Below, in pieces: positions 1 to 9,799 of a stretch of DNA of 64,000 bases. The notes beneath the pieces are model-generated. The model searched no databases and was not told the origin of the DNA. It saw only the letters and a program-made list of their open reading frames with translations. Source of the stretch: Candidatus Bathyarchaeota archaeon (GTDB lineage Archaea; Thermoproteota; Bathyarchaeia; Bathyarchaeales; Bathycorpusculaceae). Position numbers and translations under genes: made by a program. The DNA lies in contig CAVYES010000008.1 of assembly GCA_963767735.1 (NCBI GenBank), positions 32,001-96,000 of the forward strand, read 5' to 3'. Positions within the stretch are counted from its first letter, which is position 1. Each line of letters starts with the position of its first letter.

Positions 1-437
1 ACGCCTCTTGGTGTGAGTAATTCAAAGCAGACGTCAGTAGCTCTAATTCGTTCCTTAGGGGAAATGTAATGGTGGGATTGTATAGCGGTGATAACATCAG
101 GACTTACCATATTCTTGGGCAAGTCTTGGGTGCTTGATGGTTCCAAGAATTGAACCCTGCCGTTTGGAGCGTTTGCCAGCTTTTTCTTGGCATTGTTTAG
201 CATTTCTTGTGATGGGTCAGCAAGAAGGAAGTTGGTGCCTAAAAATATAGAGAGAGCCTTTTGTGCAAGTGTGCCAGTTCCGCAACCAGTATCCAACCAG
301 TTTTCGGGCTCAAAACGCATGGCTTTTATCAAGTTGATGGTTTCTTGATGAAAAACATCGTAATAAGGAATTGTGTTGCGGACTTGTGAGTCGTAATCGC
401 CTGCTGGGTGGGGAGTAGAATTATCTAACTTTACCAT
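1..437 (-). CDS. Class I SAM-dependent methyltransferase (CmoA-like), runs off the left edge
   Basis: Manual translation from ATG at 437: MVKLDNSTPHPAGDYDSQVRNTIPYYDVFHQETINLIK...WLDTGCGTGTL; motif I DxGCGTG. Not in the ORF track because it is truncated. Confidence 0.85.
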   Translation of the reverse strand, partial: MVKLDNSTPHPAGDYDSQVRNTIPYYDVFHQETINLIKAMRFEPENWLDTGCGTGTLAQKALSIFLGTNFLLADPSQEMLNNAKKKLANAPNGRVQFLEPSSTQDLPKNMVSPDVITAIQSHHYISPKERIRATDVCFELLTPRG

Positions 438-516
438 ATGCTCTCTTTCCCAGTAAGAGATGAATTGCTTTTCGTTTTAACTTTTACGCTCGTAACTTAA
501 CAAAAGAGTGCAGAGC

Positions 517-1278
517 TTATTTTCTGATTATTTTTTTCAGGGTTTTTCTGTATTCTCTTAGCCGCCGCATGTCTAGGTATCGTGTCAAAATCGAGTCTTC
601 TGGCGCATCGGTTACTTCACCAAGTATGCCCCATGGAGCAATAATTGCGCTTCTTCCACCTCTCATGCTGGAGCACACGTTTCCCACCTTAAGCAGAAAC
701 AAGCCATAATCGCGTGCAATCTGCTCAGTTAACGGGTGACCTTTCACTGTTGGGTGGGTGCCCATTGCTGCAACGGGTAGAGAAAGAATTTCCGCGCCCA
801 AGTCGGCTGTGCGTTTTACAAGGTCGGGGTCAAATGTGTCAGCACACACCAGTAATCCAATTTTGCCGATTTCCGTGTCGACTACAAGAGGTTGAGTGCC
901 TTTGGCAACGCCAGCTTTGATTTCAGCTTGAATAGGATTTATTTTTTTGTACTTAGCTAAAAGAGAACCGTTCTTCCAAAATGTGCTTGTGTTATAATAT
1001 TTCCCATTATCTTCTTCAAGCACTGAACCGCCCAACAAGTAAATATCGGGGATTTCCTTAGAAATTTCAGTCAGAAAATTCAGAGTTTCTTTGCAGGTTT
1101 CCTTGGAAATGCGTGATGCATCAGTGAAGTCTGCCATGCAATTTGGAACGGTGAAGTATTCAGGCAGAGCGATTAAGGCTGGCTTTTGCTTGGCGGCTTT
1201 TTGGATAGATGTTTTGGCTGCTGCTATATTTTCTTGAAGTGAGTTTCGTATTTTCATGTGAAGTAGGCTTGTCTTCAA
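517..1278 (-). CDS. Carbon-nitrogen hydrolase (nitrilase superfamily)
   Basis: LPEY, YKK and LVCAD motifs give the Glu-Lys-Cys triad; GxSxIIxPWG near the C-terminus. Confidence 0.9.
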   Translation of the reverse strand: MKTSLLHMKIRNSLQENIAAAKTSIQKAAKQKPALIALPEYFTVPNCMADFTDASRISKETCKETLNFLTEISKEIPDIYLLGGSVLEEDNGKYYNTSTFWKNGSLLAKYKKINPIQAEIKAGVAKGTQPLVVDTEIGKIGLLVCADTFDPDLVKRTADLGAEILSLPVAAMGTHPTVKGHPLTEQIARDYGLFLLKVGNVCSSMRGGRSAIIAPWGILGEVTDAPEDSILTRYLDMRRLREYRKTLKKIIRK

Positions 1279-1508
1279 TGTGGATCCCTAGGTATGTTAG
1301 TTTGGTTGTGTTATTGAGTTTGAGTTTTGTTCTTTTAAATGTGCTGTTTGCAGGCTAATGAATTATCTGCTGTTTGTGTAAGACTGCGTCTGTTCAGTAT
1401 TTTGCCCACTTTCAACACATATGTTTATTATTTTTTTGCTTTTGTTTGCATATGGAGAAACCTTAAATACTGGATATAGGACAAACAATGTATTACGAGG
1501 CTTAAGAA

Positions 1509-2492
1509 ATGACTCTAGACCCATCCGAAGTCACTAAACTTTTACCAGAAGTTAGAACTTTAGTAAACAAAGTTGTTAAGAAAAACATGGCTGACGGCTT
1601 CTTGTTTTCAGCTGGAACAGACACCCAGATAATCGCATATGAAGCAGTGAAATACAAACCCGACATCCCATGTCTCACTTTAGCTTTTAAACATGGAACC
1701 CCCAAAGACACCGAATATGTCAAGAAAATGGTAGAGCTCCTGCACCTGAAACAGGAGACTTATCAATTCGGCAAAGAAGATGTACTGAAATTTTACCCAA
1801 AAGTCGTGGAAGCTCTCAAAAAATACGACCCTATGGAAATTAGAAACAGCCTACCCGTCTACATCGGCTTAACCCTTTTCAAACCAAAAGGAATAAAGAG
1901 TGTATTCACGGGCGACGCACTAGACGAGCTTTTCGGTTACCCATGGCAATTCCACTTAACTGAAGCTGAATTTGCAAAGAAACAAGAGGAAATGTGGGCA
2001 GAAATGGGCTTCTCCTCAGTACCTATGGCAGAATCTCTTGGAATGGAAATCAAGTCACCCTACAGGGACCCAGCCTTCATGAAGTGGGCAATGAAGCTAC
2101 CTATCAAATATAAGATAAACATGTATAACGGCGTAAAATACAGCAAATGGATAATGCGCAAAGCCTACGAAGACGTAATACCTAAAGACATCATTTGGAG
2201 ACCAAAAGCGCCACTTGAAGCAGGAACCGGAACAGAAACGCTCCGAACATACTTCAATGACATGGTCACCGACAAAGACTTCGCAGAGAAAAAGGCAGCC
2301 ATCAAAAAAGCAGATGACGTCGAAATCCAAGACAAAGAACAGTTGCTTTACTATGAAGTTTTCCGCAAAAAATTCGGTAAGCCAAAAGACGTGTTCCCCA
2401 AGGTTGCAGGCGGCGTCGAATGTCCAAAATGCCACAGCTACATCAAAACTAAAATACAGTTCTGCAAAACCTGCGGAGCTTACCCAATCTAA
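1509..2492 (+). CDS. Asparagine synthase C-terminal-domain protein with C-terminal zinc ribbon
   Basis: PP-loop-like FSAGTDT, TGDALDELFGY, KWIMRKAYEDVIP..IIWRPK; C-terminal CPKC..CKTCG; no N-terminal glutaminase domain. Confidence 0.8.
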   Translation: MTLDPSEVTKLLPEVRTLVNKVVKKNMADGFLFSAGTDTQIIAYEAVKYKPDIPCLTLAFKHGTPKDTEYVKKMVELLHLKQETYQFGKEDVLKFYPKVVEALKKYDPMEIRNSLPVYIGLTLFKPKGIKSVFTGDALDELFGYPWQFHLTEAEFAKKQEEMWAEMGFSSVPMAESLGMEIKSPYRDPAFMKWAMKLPIKYKINMYNGVKYSKWIMRKAYEDVIPKDIIWRPKAPLEAGTGTETLRTYFNDMVTDKDFAEKKAAIKKADDVEIQDKEQLLYYEVFRKKFGKPKDVFPKVAGGVECPKCHSYIKTKIQFCKTCGAYPI

Positions 2493-2568
2493 ACTTTCTT
2501 TCTATTATTTTTTTGAAATTTCTTGGCTTCTATTATTTTGAGAAAGACTTAATTCTTTAATTTAGTAC

Positions 2569-3661
2569 TTGTGGGCGTTAACGAGAGGGTTAAAGTTGGC
2601 TAGTCTTTCACAATTAAAGTGGGCAATGGCAACTTCAATTTTCTTAGCCGCCTTCATATTTGGTCTTCTCGTTTTTGCAATTGTTTACTTCTTGCAATTA
2701 GATGTTTTCATTGGGTTACTTGTCGCTTTAGCTGGTACCGCACTCTTCATACTGTTTGAGTATGCGATAGGTCCAGTTATGGTTAAAGCTTCAACAAAGC
2801 TGCGTTACCTAAAGCCTGGCGAGAACCCCTGGCTTGAAAAAACAGTTAAAGATTTAGCAGACAAAAGCGGTTTACCAATGCCCAAGTTGGCTATAGTTCC
2901 AAACAGTACTCCCAACGCGTTTACTTTTGGCAGATCCCAAAGCAGCGCCACTTTAGCGGTGCATGAAGGTCTTCTGAGAAGTTTGAAGGAAGATGAAATT
3001 AGAGGCGTAATAGCTCACGAGTTAGGTCACATTAAACATAAAGATTACATTGTGATGACTGTTCTCTCCGCGCTGCCGTTAATTGCCTACATAATTGCAG
3101 AAGTAGCGTTGATATCAGGCGCGTTTAGCGGCGGCGGAAGCACCAGTGGCGGAAGAGGAGGAAAAAACCAGGGCAATGCAGGTTTAATATTAATCTTAAT
3201 CGGAGTAATCTCGTTTATAGTGTACATACTAACATTTTTGATCGTTATGAGGCTTAGTCGTCTCCGGGAACATTTTGCTGACTCATACTCCGCTTACGTG
3301 ACAGGTTCGCCTCAGAGAATTAGAAAGCGCCTTGGCAAAAATCACTTATGGCTTATCCATTTCGCCCAAGCCACCTGAGGGAGCAAGAGCGTTCTACATT
3401 GCAGACCCGGCAACGGCGAAGCAGGAAGTTAAAGAAGTCATGGAGAAAAAAGACGAGTACGATTTAGATCATGATGGGGTTTTGGATGAGCGCGAGTTGG
3501 AATTGGCAATGGAGAAAGAGTCCAAAAGCACATGGCACCAAATTAACAGCTTGTTTTCGACTCACCCGCCGACGTTTAAGCGCATTTTGCTTTTGCGCGA
3601 AATTGAACAGGAAATGGACACGGGAAAATACAATAGCGACAAAATATACACCCATGTCTAA
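2569..3661 (+). CDS. htpX: HtpX-family (M48) zinc metalloprotease, interrupted by a +1 frameshift near 3313
   Basis: PNAF, HELGH, SRLREHFAD in ORF 2569-3378 and STHPP in ORF 3332-3661; removing C3313 gives TGSPRELESALAKITYG. Confidence 0.85.
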
Positions 3662-3759
3662 AATCGCGCCCATCTTTTGGTTAAAATTAATTAAAGCGAT
3701 GCGAAGACTAATATTTCTCCAGAAACGATTTAGTATAAAACCTAAAAGAGAAACCTAAA

Positions 3760-3966
3760 ATGACGATTTATTGTCCTGAATGCGGCGGAGAATGCCATTA
3801 CGAAATAGGCACCAAACGTTATATCTGCAAAAGCTGCGGGTTATCAATGACACAGCAAGAACTCAATGATTTGCGAGACAAGAACAGGCCAAACGAGGAA
3901 ACAGCAGAGGAAGAGAGAGAAAACCGCCGAAAAGAATACCTCAAATGGTACCTTAGCAAAAAGTAA
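3760..3966 (+). CDS. Small zinc-ribbon protein
   Basis: CPECGG...CKSCG followed by a charged helix ending YLKWYL. Confidence 0.75.
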   Translation: MTIYCPECGGECHYEIGTKRYICKSCGLSMTQQELNDLRDKNRPNEETAEEERENRRKEYLKWYLSKK

Positions 3967-4033
3967 AACGGCACAGCCAAGTAAGGTTTAACCGTTTAGC
4001 TAGCAAACACTATAAAATATACTTTTTAGTTAC

Positions 4034-4867
4034 GTGGACTATCGAGTGAAGGCTATGACGGTGAACATTGAAATAATCTGTGTAGGCAACGAGTTACTGA
4101 TTGGCAAAGTAATTAACACAAACGCTCATTGGCTCGGTAAACAAGTAACAAATCTCGGAGCCAACGTTAAGCGCATAACAGTAGTAGAGGATACTGTAGA
4201 TGAAATAGCCAAGGTTATTTGCGAAACCATAAAGCGAAAACCGCAGTTCATAATTACTACAGGCGGGCTGGGTCCGACTTTTGACGATAAAACTTTGCAG
4301 GGCATAGCCCAAGCGTTAAACCGCAAATTAGAAATCAACCAGAAGGCGTTAGCGATTGTTAAGGAAAAATGCGAAGAATACGCCAGAAAAAGGCAGCTCT
4401 CAACAACAATTGAATTAACACCGCCTAGAGTAAAAATGGCAACTTTACCGGAAAAAACAGAGTCAATCATCAACCCAATCGGCACTGCACCTGGAGTGCG
4501 CGTAGATCTGGAGGGAACTGTTCTGTTTGCCCTGCCCGGTGTGCCTTCAGAGATGGAAGCGATTTTTACGGAGACGATAGCGCCACTGCTAAAAAAAGCC
4601 ATAGGTGACAGGGTTTTTTGTGAAAAAAGCATGTTTCTAAGTAACATAATGGAGTCGAATTTGGCTCCGTTAATTGACAAAGTCATGATTTCCAATAAGG
4701 GAGTTTACATAAAGTCTCATCCGATGGGTGTAGAAAATAAGCCGCATATAGAAATTCATTTAACAATTGCAGCCAAAGCTGAAGAAGAGCCAATGAAAAT
4801 TCTTGAGAAATCCATGAAGCAACTTTCAATTTTGGTTGAAGAGAACGGCGGAAAAGCCGTCTTCTAA
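4034..4867 (+). CDS. CinA-like molybdopterin-binding-domain protein
   Basis: GNELLIG..INTNA, TTGGLGPTFDDKT, NPIGTAPG, LPGVPSEM; true start probably slightly downstream. Confidence 0.9.
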   Translation: MDYRVKAMTVNIEIICVGNELLIGKVINTNAHWLGKQVTNLGANVKRITVVEDTVDEIAKVICETIKRKPQFIITTGGLGPTFDDKTLQGIAQALNRKLEINQKALAIVKEKCEEYARKRQLSTTIELTPPRVKMATLPEKTESIINPIGTAPGVRVDLEGTVLFALPGVPSEMEAIFTETIAPLLKKAIGDRVFCEKSMFLSNIMESNLAPLIDKVMISNKGVYIKSHPMGVENKPHIEIHLTIAAKAEEEPMKILEKSMKQLSILVEENGGKAVF

Positions 4868-5092
4868 GCTTATTTCGCAGTCGTAGACCAAATTTTTCGT
4901 CGGGTAGCGGGAGGGTAGGTCAATTTTGCTGGTGGAAATTAGCAGCTAAATTTGGGGTGAAAGGGGTAATCAGTAGAATTGTCGATCAAGGAAGAGTTTT
5001 AACTTTCGGTCGGGGCATCCTCAAAAAGTGTGATATGTTGATGGCTGTAAGCGAAAAATGAAAAAAGGAAATAAAGTTAAGAAGGGGAAAGT

Positions 5093-6271
5093 TTATGCTT
5101 TTTTGGCTTTTTCTAGTTCTTTGCGAAGCACTTCTGCCTTGTCTGTTTGTTCCCAGGTGAATTCTGGTTCTTCTCTTCCGAAGTGGCCGAACACTGCTGT
5201 TTTCTTGTATATTGGTCTTAGCAAGTTTAGTTGATCAATGATTGCTTTAGGCCTCATGTCGAAATGCTTTTTCACTAAGTCGAGAATTTGGTCATCTGTC
5301 AGTTTCCCAGTTTCAGAAGTATTTACCAGCACAGAGATTGGTTGCGCTACCCCGATTGCGTAGGAGATTTGGATTTCACATTGGTCAGCTAAGCCAGCGG
5401 CGACAATGTTTTTGGCGATGTACCTTGCCATGTAACAGCCTGAACGGTCAACTTTTGAGGGGTCTTTACCGCTGAAGCATCCGCCACCGTGACTTCCAAC
5501 TCCGCCGTAAGTGTCAACAATGATTTTTCTGCCGGTTAATCCTGAATCTGCGAGGGTTCCGCCGATTACGAATCTGCCTGTGCCGTTTATAACGTATTTT
5601 ATGTCTTCAGCAATCATGTCTGCGGGTATAACGTTCTTGATTACTTTTTCAATAATATCTTTTTTTAATGTTGCATCGTCAACTGACCCGTTATTTTGTG
5701 CGGCAATAACAACAGCTTTAACACATCTTGTTTTGCATCCGTCATATTCCACTGTTACTTGAGATTTGCAGTCGGGACGCAGATAAGGCATAAGTTTTGT
5801 TTTTCTGCATTCAGCTAAACGCTTAACAAGCTTATGCGCCAGCATGATCGGTAGGGGCATGAGCTCTTTTGTCTCGTTTGTTGCGTAGCCGAAAACCATT
5901 CCTTGGTCGCCAGCGCCCTGCTCATGGCCTTCGGATTCCGTGACACCCATAGAAATGTCTTTAGACTGCTCAGTAATTGAAGTCAAGATGCCGCATGTTT
6001 CCCAGTCTAAGCCATCTTTAGCATTGTCGAACCCGATTTCTTTTAGGGTTTGGCGAACAATTTTCGGGATGTTTACGTAGGTGCATGTGGTTATTTGCCC
6101 CGTAATCATTACGGTTCCCTGCATAACGAGGGTTTCGCAGTCAACTCTTGCTTTGGGGTCTGTGCTGAATATTGCGTCTAAAACGCTGTCGGATATTTGG
6201 TCTGCCACCTTATCTGGGTGACCTTCTCCAACTGACTCTGAAGTGAACAAGTATTTTCCAGTTTTTTTCAT
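5093..6271 (-). CDS. metK: Methionine adenosyltransferase (SAM synthetase), bacterial/eukaryotic type
   Basis: [47 protein letters not shown]; start placed at ATG 6271 (MKKTGKYLF). Confidence 0.97.
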   Translation of the reverse strand: MKKTGKYLFTSESVGEGHPDKVADQISDSVLDAIFSTDPKARVDCETLVMQGTVMITGQITTCTYVNIPKIVRQTLKEIGFDNAKDGLDWETCGILTSITEQSKDISMGVTESEGHEQGAGDQGMVFGYATNETKELMPLPIMLAHKLVKRLAECRKTKLMPYLRPDCKSQVTVEYDGCKTRCVKAVVIAAQNNGSVDDATLKKDIIEKVIKNVIPADMIAEDIKYVINGTGRFVIGGTLADSGLTGRKIIVDTYGGVGSHGGGCFSGKDPSKVDRSGCYMARYIAKNIVAAGLADQCEIQISYAIGVAQPISVLVNTSETGKLTDDQILDLVKKHFDMRPKAIIDQLNLLRPIYKKTAVFGHFGREEPEFTWEQTDKAEVLRKELEKAKKA

Positions 6272-6419
6272 AAGAATCGTTCCGTTCAGTTGCAATAAGA
6301 AACTAACATACTTTGCATTTTTCTTAAAAGGTTTTCTGTTAAAAATATTCCGCCGAGAAATATCAAGCCTCCAATTTTGGTACACTGTTAGTTTCTGGGA
6401 ACAACTCTATGTTATTTGC

Positions 6420-6542
6420 CATTTTTGAAACAGTTGTTTTGGTTTGCTTTTTTGGTTTAGGGTTTGAATTGTTTGCAGGTAGAATCGCAAATAATCGTGA
6501 ATAATCGCGTTTAATCGCAAATAATCGTGAATAATCGCGTAG
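6420..6542 (+). repeat. Leader-plus-decamer element, copy A
   Basis: TTGCTTTTTT (6444-6453), N17, GTTTGCAGGTAG (6471-6482), then 6 x 10 bp AATCGYRWWT-type units (6483-6542). Confidence 0.85.
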
Positions 6543-6753
6543 AGGAATGCATATGCGATTACAAGAAAAGTCAGTTTCAAATCGACTGCGGTTAACCAAG
6601 TTGAAGTAATGGCAAGATCATAACTCAAATGACCTCTAACCTAACAGCAATAGCGAAAAATTTTTCGAGGCAGAGCTGATGAGAAATATCAATATACTTC
6701 CTCTTGCAAAAGTGATTTTAACTGCAAATGACACAGACAGGAAGATGAATAAC

Positions 6754-7131
6754 ATGAAGGCAACTGTATTTACTGAGAAAGCGCCAAAACCGGTAGGTCC
6801 ATACAATCAAGCGGTGAGGGCAGGCAAATTCCTATTTGTTTCAGGGCAACTGGCAATCGATCCAAAGGAAGGTAAAATCGTTGCCAAAACCGTGACGCTC
6901 CAGACAAAGCAGGTTATGGAGAACATAAAAGCCATCTTGGAAGCTGCGGGTGTTAGTTTGAAAGATATTGTTCAATCCAACGTGTTCCTTTCTTCTATGG
7001 CCTCGTTTGATGAGTTCAACAGCAAATACGCCGAGTACTTTGATGAGGAATTTCCTGCTCGCGCCACAGTCGGCACAGAATTAAGGGCAGATGCTCTTGT
7101 TGAGGTTTCAGTTGTTGCTTACAAAGACTAA
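6754..7131 (+). CDS. ridA: RidA/YjgF family enamine/imine deaminase
   Basis: APKPVGPYNQAV, FVSGQL, FPARATV, LVEVS; start placed at ATG 6754. Confidence 0.9.
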   Translation: MKATVFTEKAPKPVGPYNQAVRAGKFLFVSGQLAIDPKEGKIVAKTVTLQTKQVMENIKAILEAAGVSLKDIVQSNVFLSSMASFDEFNSKYAEYFDEEFPARATVGTELRADALVEVSVVAYKD

Positions 7132-7194
7132 TCCGCATGGTTCTTTGACAAATTATAAAAACTTAACCAACAATTAGTTAGGGCAGGGCAAAAT

Positions 7195-7821
7195 ATGGCT
7201 GTATCGCTAAAAAAGTTTATACAAGAAATAGCTGGGAAAAAAGCTCCCGGGCCATCAACTACCTTTACGGTATTCCATGTCTTCTATGCTTTAGAGCTTA
7301 TGTCGCGGGAACCTCTTGGCAGAAATAAGCTGGCTAAGAAACTCAACGTTGGCGACGGAGCAGTCCGCACAATAATAAGCAGACTTAGAAATGCTGGTCT
7401 AATTGAAACCTCAAAAGAAGGCTGCAGTTTAACGAAGATGGGTTTAGAGGTTTGGGGGCAGTTTGAACAAGTTTTTCCTAAACGCGTTGAGATTCCGAAA
7501 AATGAATTGATTGAATCTGAATTTGTTTTTGCTTTTTTGGTGAAAAACAGCGGGCAAAAAGTTCGATCAGGAATAGATCAGCGCGATGCGGCTATCATAG
7601 CGGGTGCACGTAAAGCCCTAGTTATCGTTTTTAAAGACGGTCATTTGTGCATTGAATCAGTCAGTGAATGTATCGAGAAGGATTATCCGAAGGCAGCATG
7701 CGAAATTCTCAGGGAATTCGCGCCTCAGGACAACGACGCAATTGTTATTGCTGGTGCTGATTCAGCTCTGAGAGCTAAGCGTGGGGCTTTTGCAGCGAGT
7801 TGGTCGCTGATTAGCGCTTAA
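7195..7821 (+). CDS. Archaeal winged-HTH domain protein (DUF4443-like)
   Basis: GRNKLAKKLNVGDGAVRTIISRL HTH; GIDQRDAAIIAGA motif. Confidence 0.75.
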   Translation: MAVSLKKFIQEIAGKKAPGPSTTFTVFHVFYALELMSREPLGRNKLAKKLNVGDGAVRTIISRLRNAGLIETSKEGCSLTKMGLEVWGQFEQVFPKRVEIPKNELIESEFVFAFLVKNSGQKVRSGIDQRDAAIIAGARKALVIVFKDGHLCIESVSECIEKDYPKAACEILREFAPQDNDAIVIAGADSALRAKRGAFAASWSLISA

Positions 7822-7825
7822 CTTT

Positions 7826-8587
7826 TTAAGTTGTGTATTTTTCTCCTTCGTTTAAGATTCTCTCAAGGACTGTGTTAATGTTTGTCATGCCTTCGTTTGT
7901 TTTGGATGAAAGGGGCATGAGCAAAAATTGTAATCCGAGCTTGTTGATGGCTTGCATCATGTTGCGGCTGAACAGACGTTTTGTGCCTTCAAGTTTCTCT
8001 TCAATTGCGTCTTCCAACGCTCTTGTGTTAGCTGACCAAGTTGCAATTGCTTGCACATCCTTTTTTGGTAGCAAATCGATTTTGGAGAGAACATGCAGTT
8101 GCGGCTGGAAGAAACGATTGTAAACTGCGGCGGAAAGAAACATGTTTGAAACATAGTTCATCGGATTAGCTGAGAATACAGCGTCAAAGAGGTAAATTAA
8201 CGCTTTAGGCTCCTTTGTTAACTCATCAACAATGTATGGTCCGCTCGCCCGGAAAGCAAACAGCTCCATCTGCCCAGGAGTATCAACCAAAACGATGTCA
8301 GCGTGGGCTTCTTCGATGTCGCGTGTCAAATTTTCGATTTCATCAGCAATTAAATCTGCAGCCATAATCAAAGCGCCATTTGGACCTAAACCATACTTCT
8401 CCATTATATCGCCGACATCGACATAGTTGCGCACATCAACATCCGGCGAGTAAGGCAACTTCAACGCACCAGGATCCAAATTAACAACGGCGACATCCTG
8501 CTTAGACATTTTTAGCCATTCACTAAAAGCTGCAGTGAACAAAGATTTACCAGAACCAGCTGTTCCAATAACAAACGCGAGGGGCAC
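7826..8587 (-). CDS. GPN-loop GTPase
   Basis: GTAGSGKS, NLDPG, GLGPNGAL, DTPGQMELF, SKID. Confidence 0.95.
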   Translation of the reverse strand: MPLAFVIGTAGSGKSLFTAAFSEWLKMSKQDVAVVNLDPGALKLPYSPDVDVRNYVDVGDIMEKYGLGPNGALIMAADLIADEIENLTRDIEEAHADIVLVDTPGQMELFAFRASGPYIVDELTKEPKALIYLFDAVFSANPMNYVSNMFLSAAVYNRFFQPQLHVLSKIDLLPKKDVQAIATWSANTRALEDAIEEKLEGTKRLFSRNMMQAINKLGLQFLLMPLSSKTNEGMTNINTVLERILNEGEKYTT

Positions 8588-8699
8588 CTTTTTTTCTCTC
8601 CGCTAACGTGTGAATGAAACTAAAAGTAATAACCTTTCTGTATCAAGCGCCCAGCACTAAATAGCGAAAACCACACAAAATTGAACAGACTGATTCGGG

Positions 8700-8798
8700 T
8701 TGTTTTTTTAATTTGGGCTTGGTTTTGTTTGCAGGTTGTGTGCTTTTTTGTGCTTTTTTGTGTTGAATTGTGCGGATTTGTGTGGAATTGTGCCGGAT
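8700..8798 (+). repeat. Leader-plus-decamer element, copy B1
   Basis: TTGTTTTTTT (8700-8709), N17, GTTTGCAGGTTG (8727-8738), then 6 x 10 bp TGTGY-started units (8739-8798). Confidence 0.8.
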
Positions 8799-8830
8799 TA
8801 TTGAAGAGTCACTCTGAGTTGTTTAGCGGC

Positions 8831-8953
8831 AAATTTTGAACAAGCCGTTCTAAGTTGCTTTTTTGGTTTAGAACTCGATTCGTTTGCAGGTTGAGTAAAG
8901 AAAAGTAACAGAAAGTAAGGAAACGTAAGGAAAAGTAAAGGAAAGTAACAGAA
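8831..8953 (+). repeat. Leader-plus-decamer element, copy B2
   Basis: TTGCTTTTTT (8855-8864), N17, GTTTGCAGGTTG (8882-8893), then 6 x 10 bp AGTAANRRAA-type units (8894-8953). Confidence 0.85.
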
Positions 8954-9178
8954 AATTTCCGTATGCATAGGCAAATTTTCGTGGCTTGAACAGTTTTGAT
9001 CCGCAGAGATAGTCGAATTTGATTGCATTATTTTAGGGATGCGTGGATTACTTTTTGGAGGTGTAGATGAAATATATCGCCGGATAAAGTTAAGCAAGCA
9101 TACTAACAGTATTGATACTAATAAGACGATAGAAGAGAAAACAAACCTTGAATGCACTCGGTAATAGCCCTAACTTAT

Positions 9179-9529
9179 TCAAGTAGAAGGCACTAAATTC
9201 TCTGTGAATGTGGTTATTCCTGATGGGACGTAAAATGACTTGTAAACGTTTTCTTGATATGCATATGGTGGAAGGTTAAATACATTGTATGATTGTCCAC
9301 CTGTCAGCAAAACGCTGTATTGACCATTAACAACATTTGCACTTGTGTTAAATGTTCCACTTAAACTTTCGAAATAAAGAATACTAGCATTGTGAGGAGA
9401 AACCGTACCAGATACTTGCACTACGTTGTTCAATTCAGTTGGCAACTTAATAACTGCACCAATCCATATTCCTAACACTAAAACAACCACTAAACCAACT
9501 GCAATACCAATGATTACTTTACTAGCCAT
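9179..9529 (-). CDS. Hypothetical protein, N-terminal membrane anchor plus small beta-rich domain
   Basis: Hydrophobic N-terminus; VSGTV...GQYSVLLTGGQSYNV; GGAG upstream. Confidence 0.7.
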   Translation of the reverse strand: MASKVIIGIAVGLVVVLVLGIWIGAVIKLPTELNNVVQVSGTVSPHNASILYFESLSGTFNTSANVVNGQYSVLLTGGQSYNVFNLPPYAYQENVYKSFYVPSGITTFTENLVPST

Positions 9530-9799
9530 TCTGCTAATCTCCTTTTTTTATTTAGCTTATTCTGAGAATTGAAGATTTAAGACTTATCTACTCTGTAATA
9601 GCGAAGTTCCTAACCCTCGAATATACTCTTGGTAATAGCCCTAAAAATGAAAATATCGCTTTACTCCCTTACTGAGAAAGTGGGCAATACAAAATGCTGA
9701 ATAGACGATTGGTCCAATAATCTCAAAATAAAAGCCTTCTGAAATGCGGTTCTGTGAAGTCCTCGGTTGAAATGGGGTTCATGTGAAAATTCGGTTGAT

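Noticed and set aside
1346-1354. GTTTGCAGG as a fifth leader-decamer copy
   Set aside because: No T-tract at the 17-nt spacing and no periodic array downstream
6483-6542. Decamer arrays as CRISPR or mini-CRISPR
   Set aside because: Units are 10 bp and contiguous, with no spacers and no cas genes in the window
6363-6628. ORFs 6363-6599, 6407-6628, 8798-9157, 62323-62595 and 62505-62699 as real genes (the antisense leader reads PAN...KKQ)
   Set aside because: The similarity comes from the DNA motif; the 10-bp period breaks frame and copy C has an early stop in that frame
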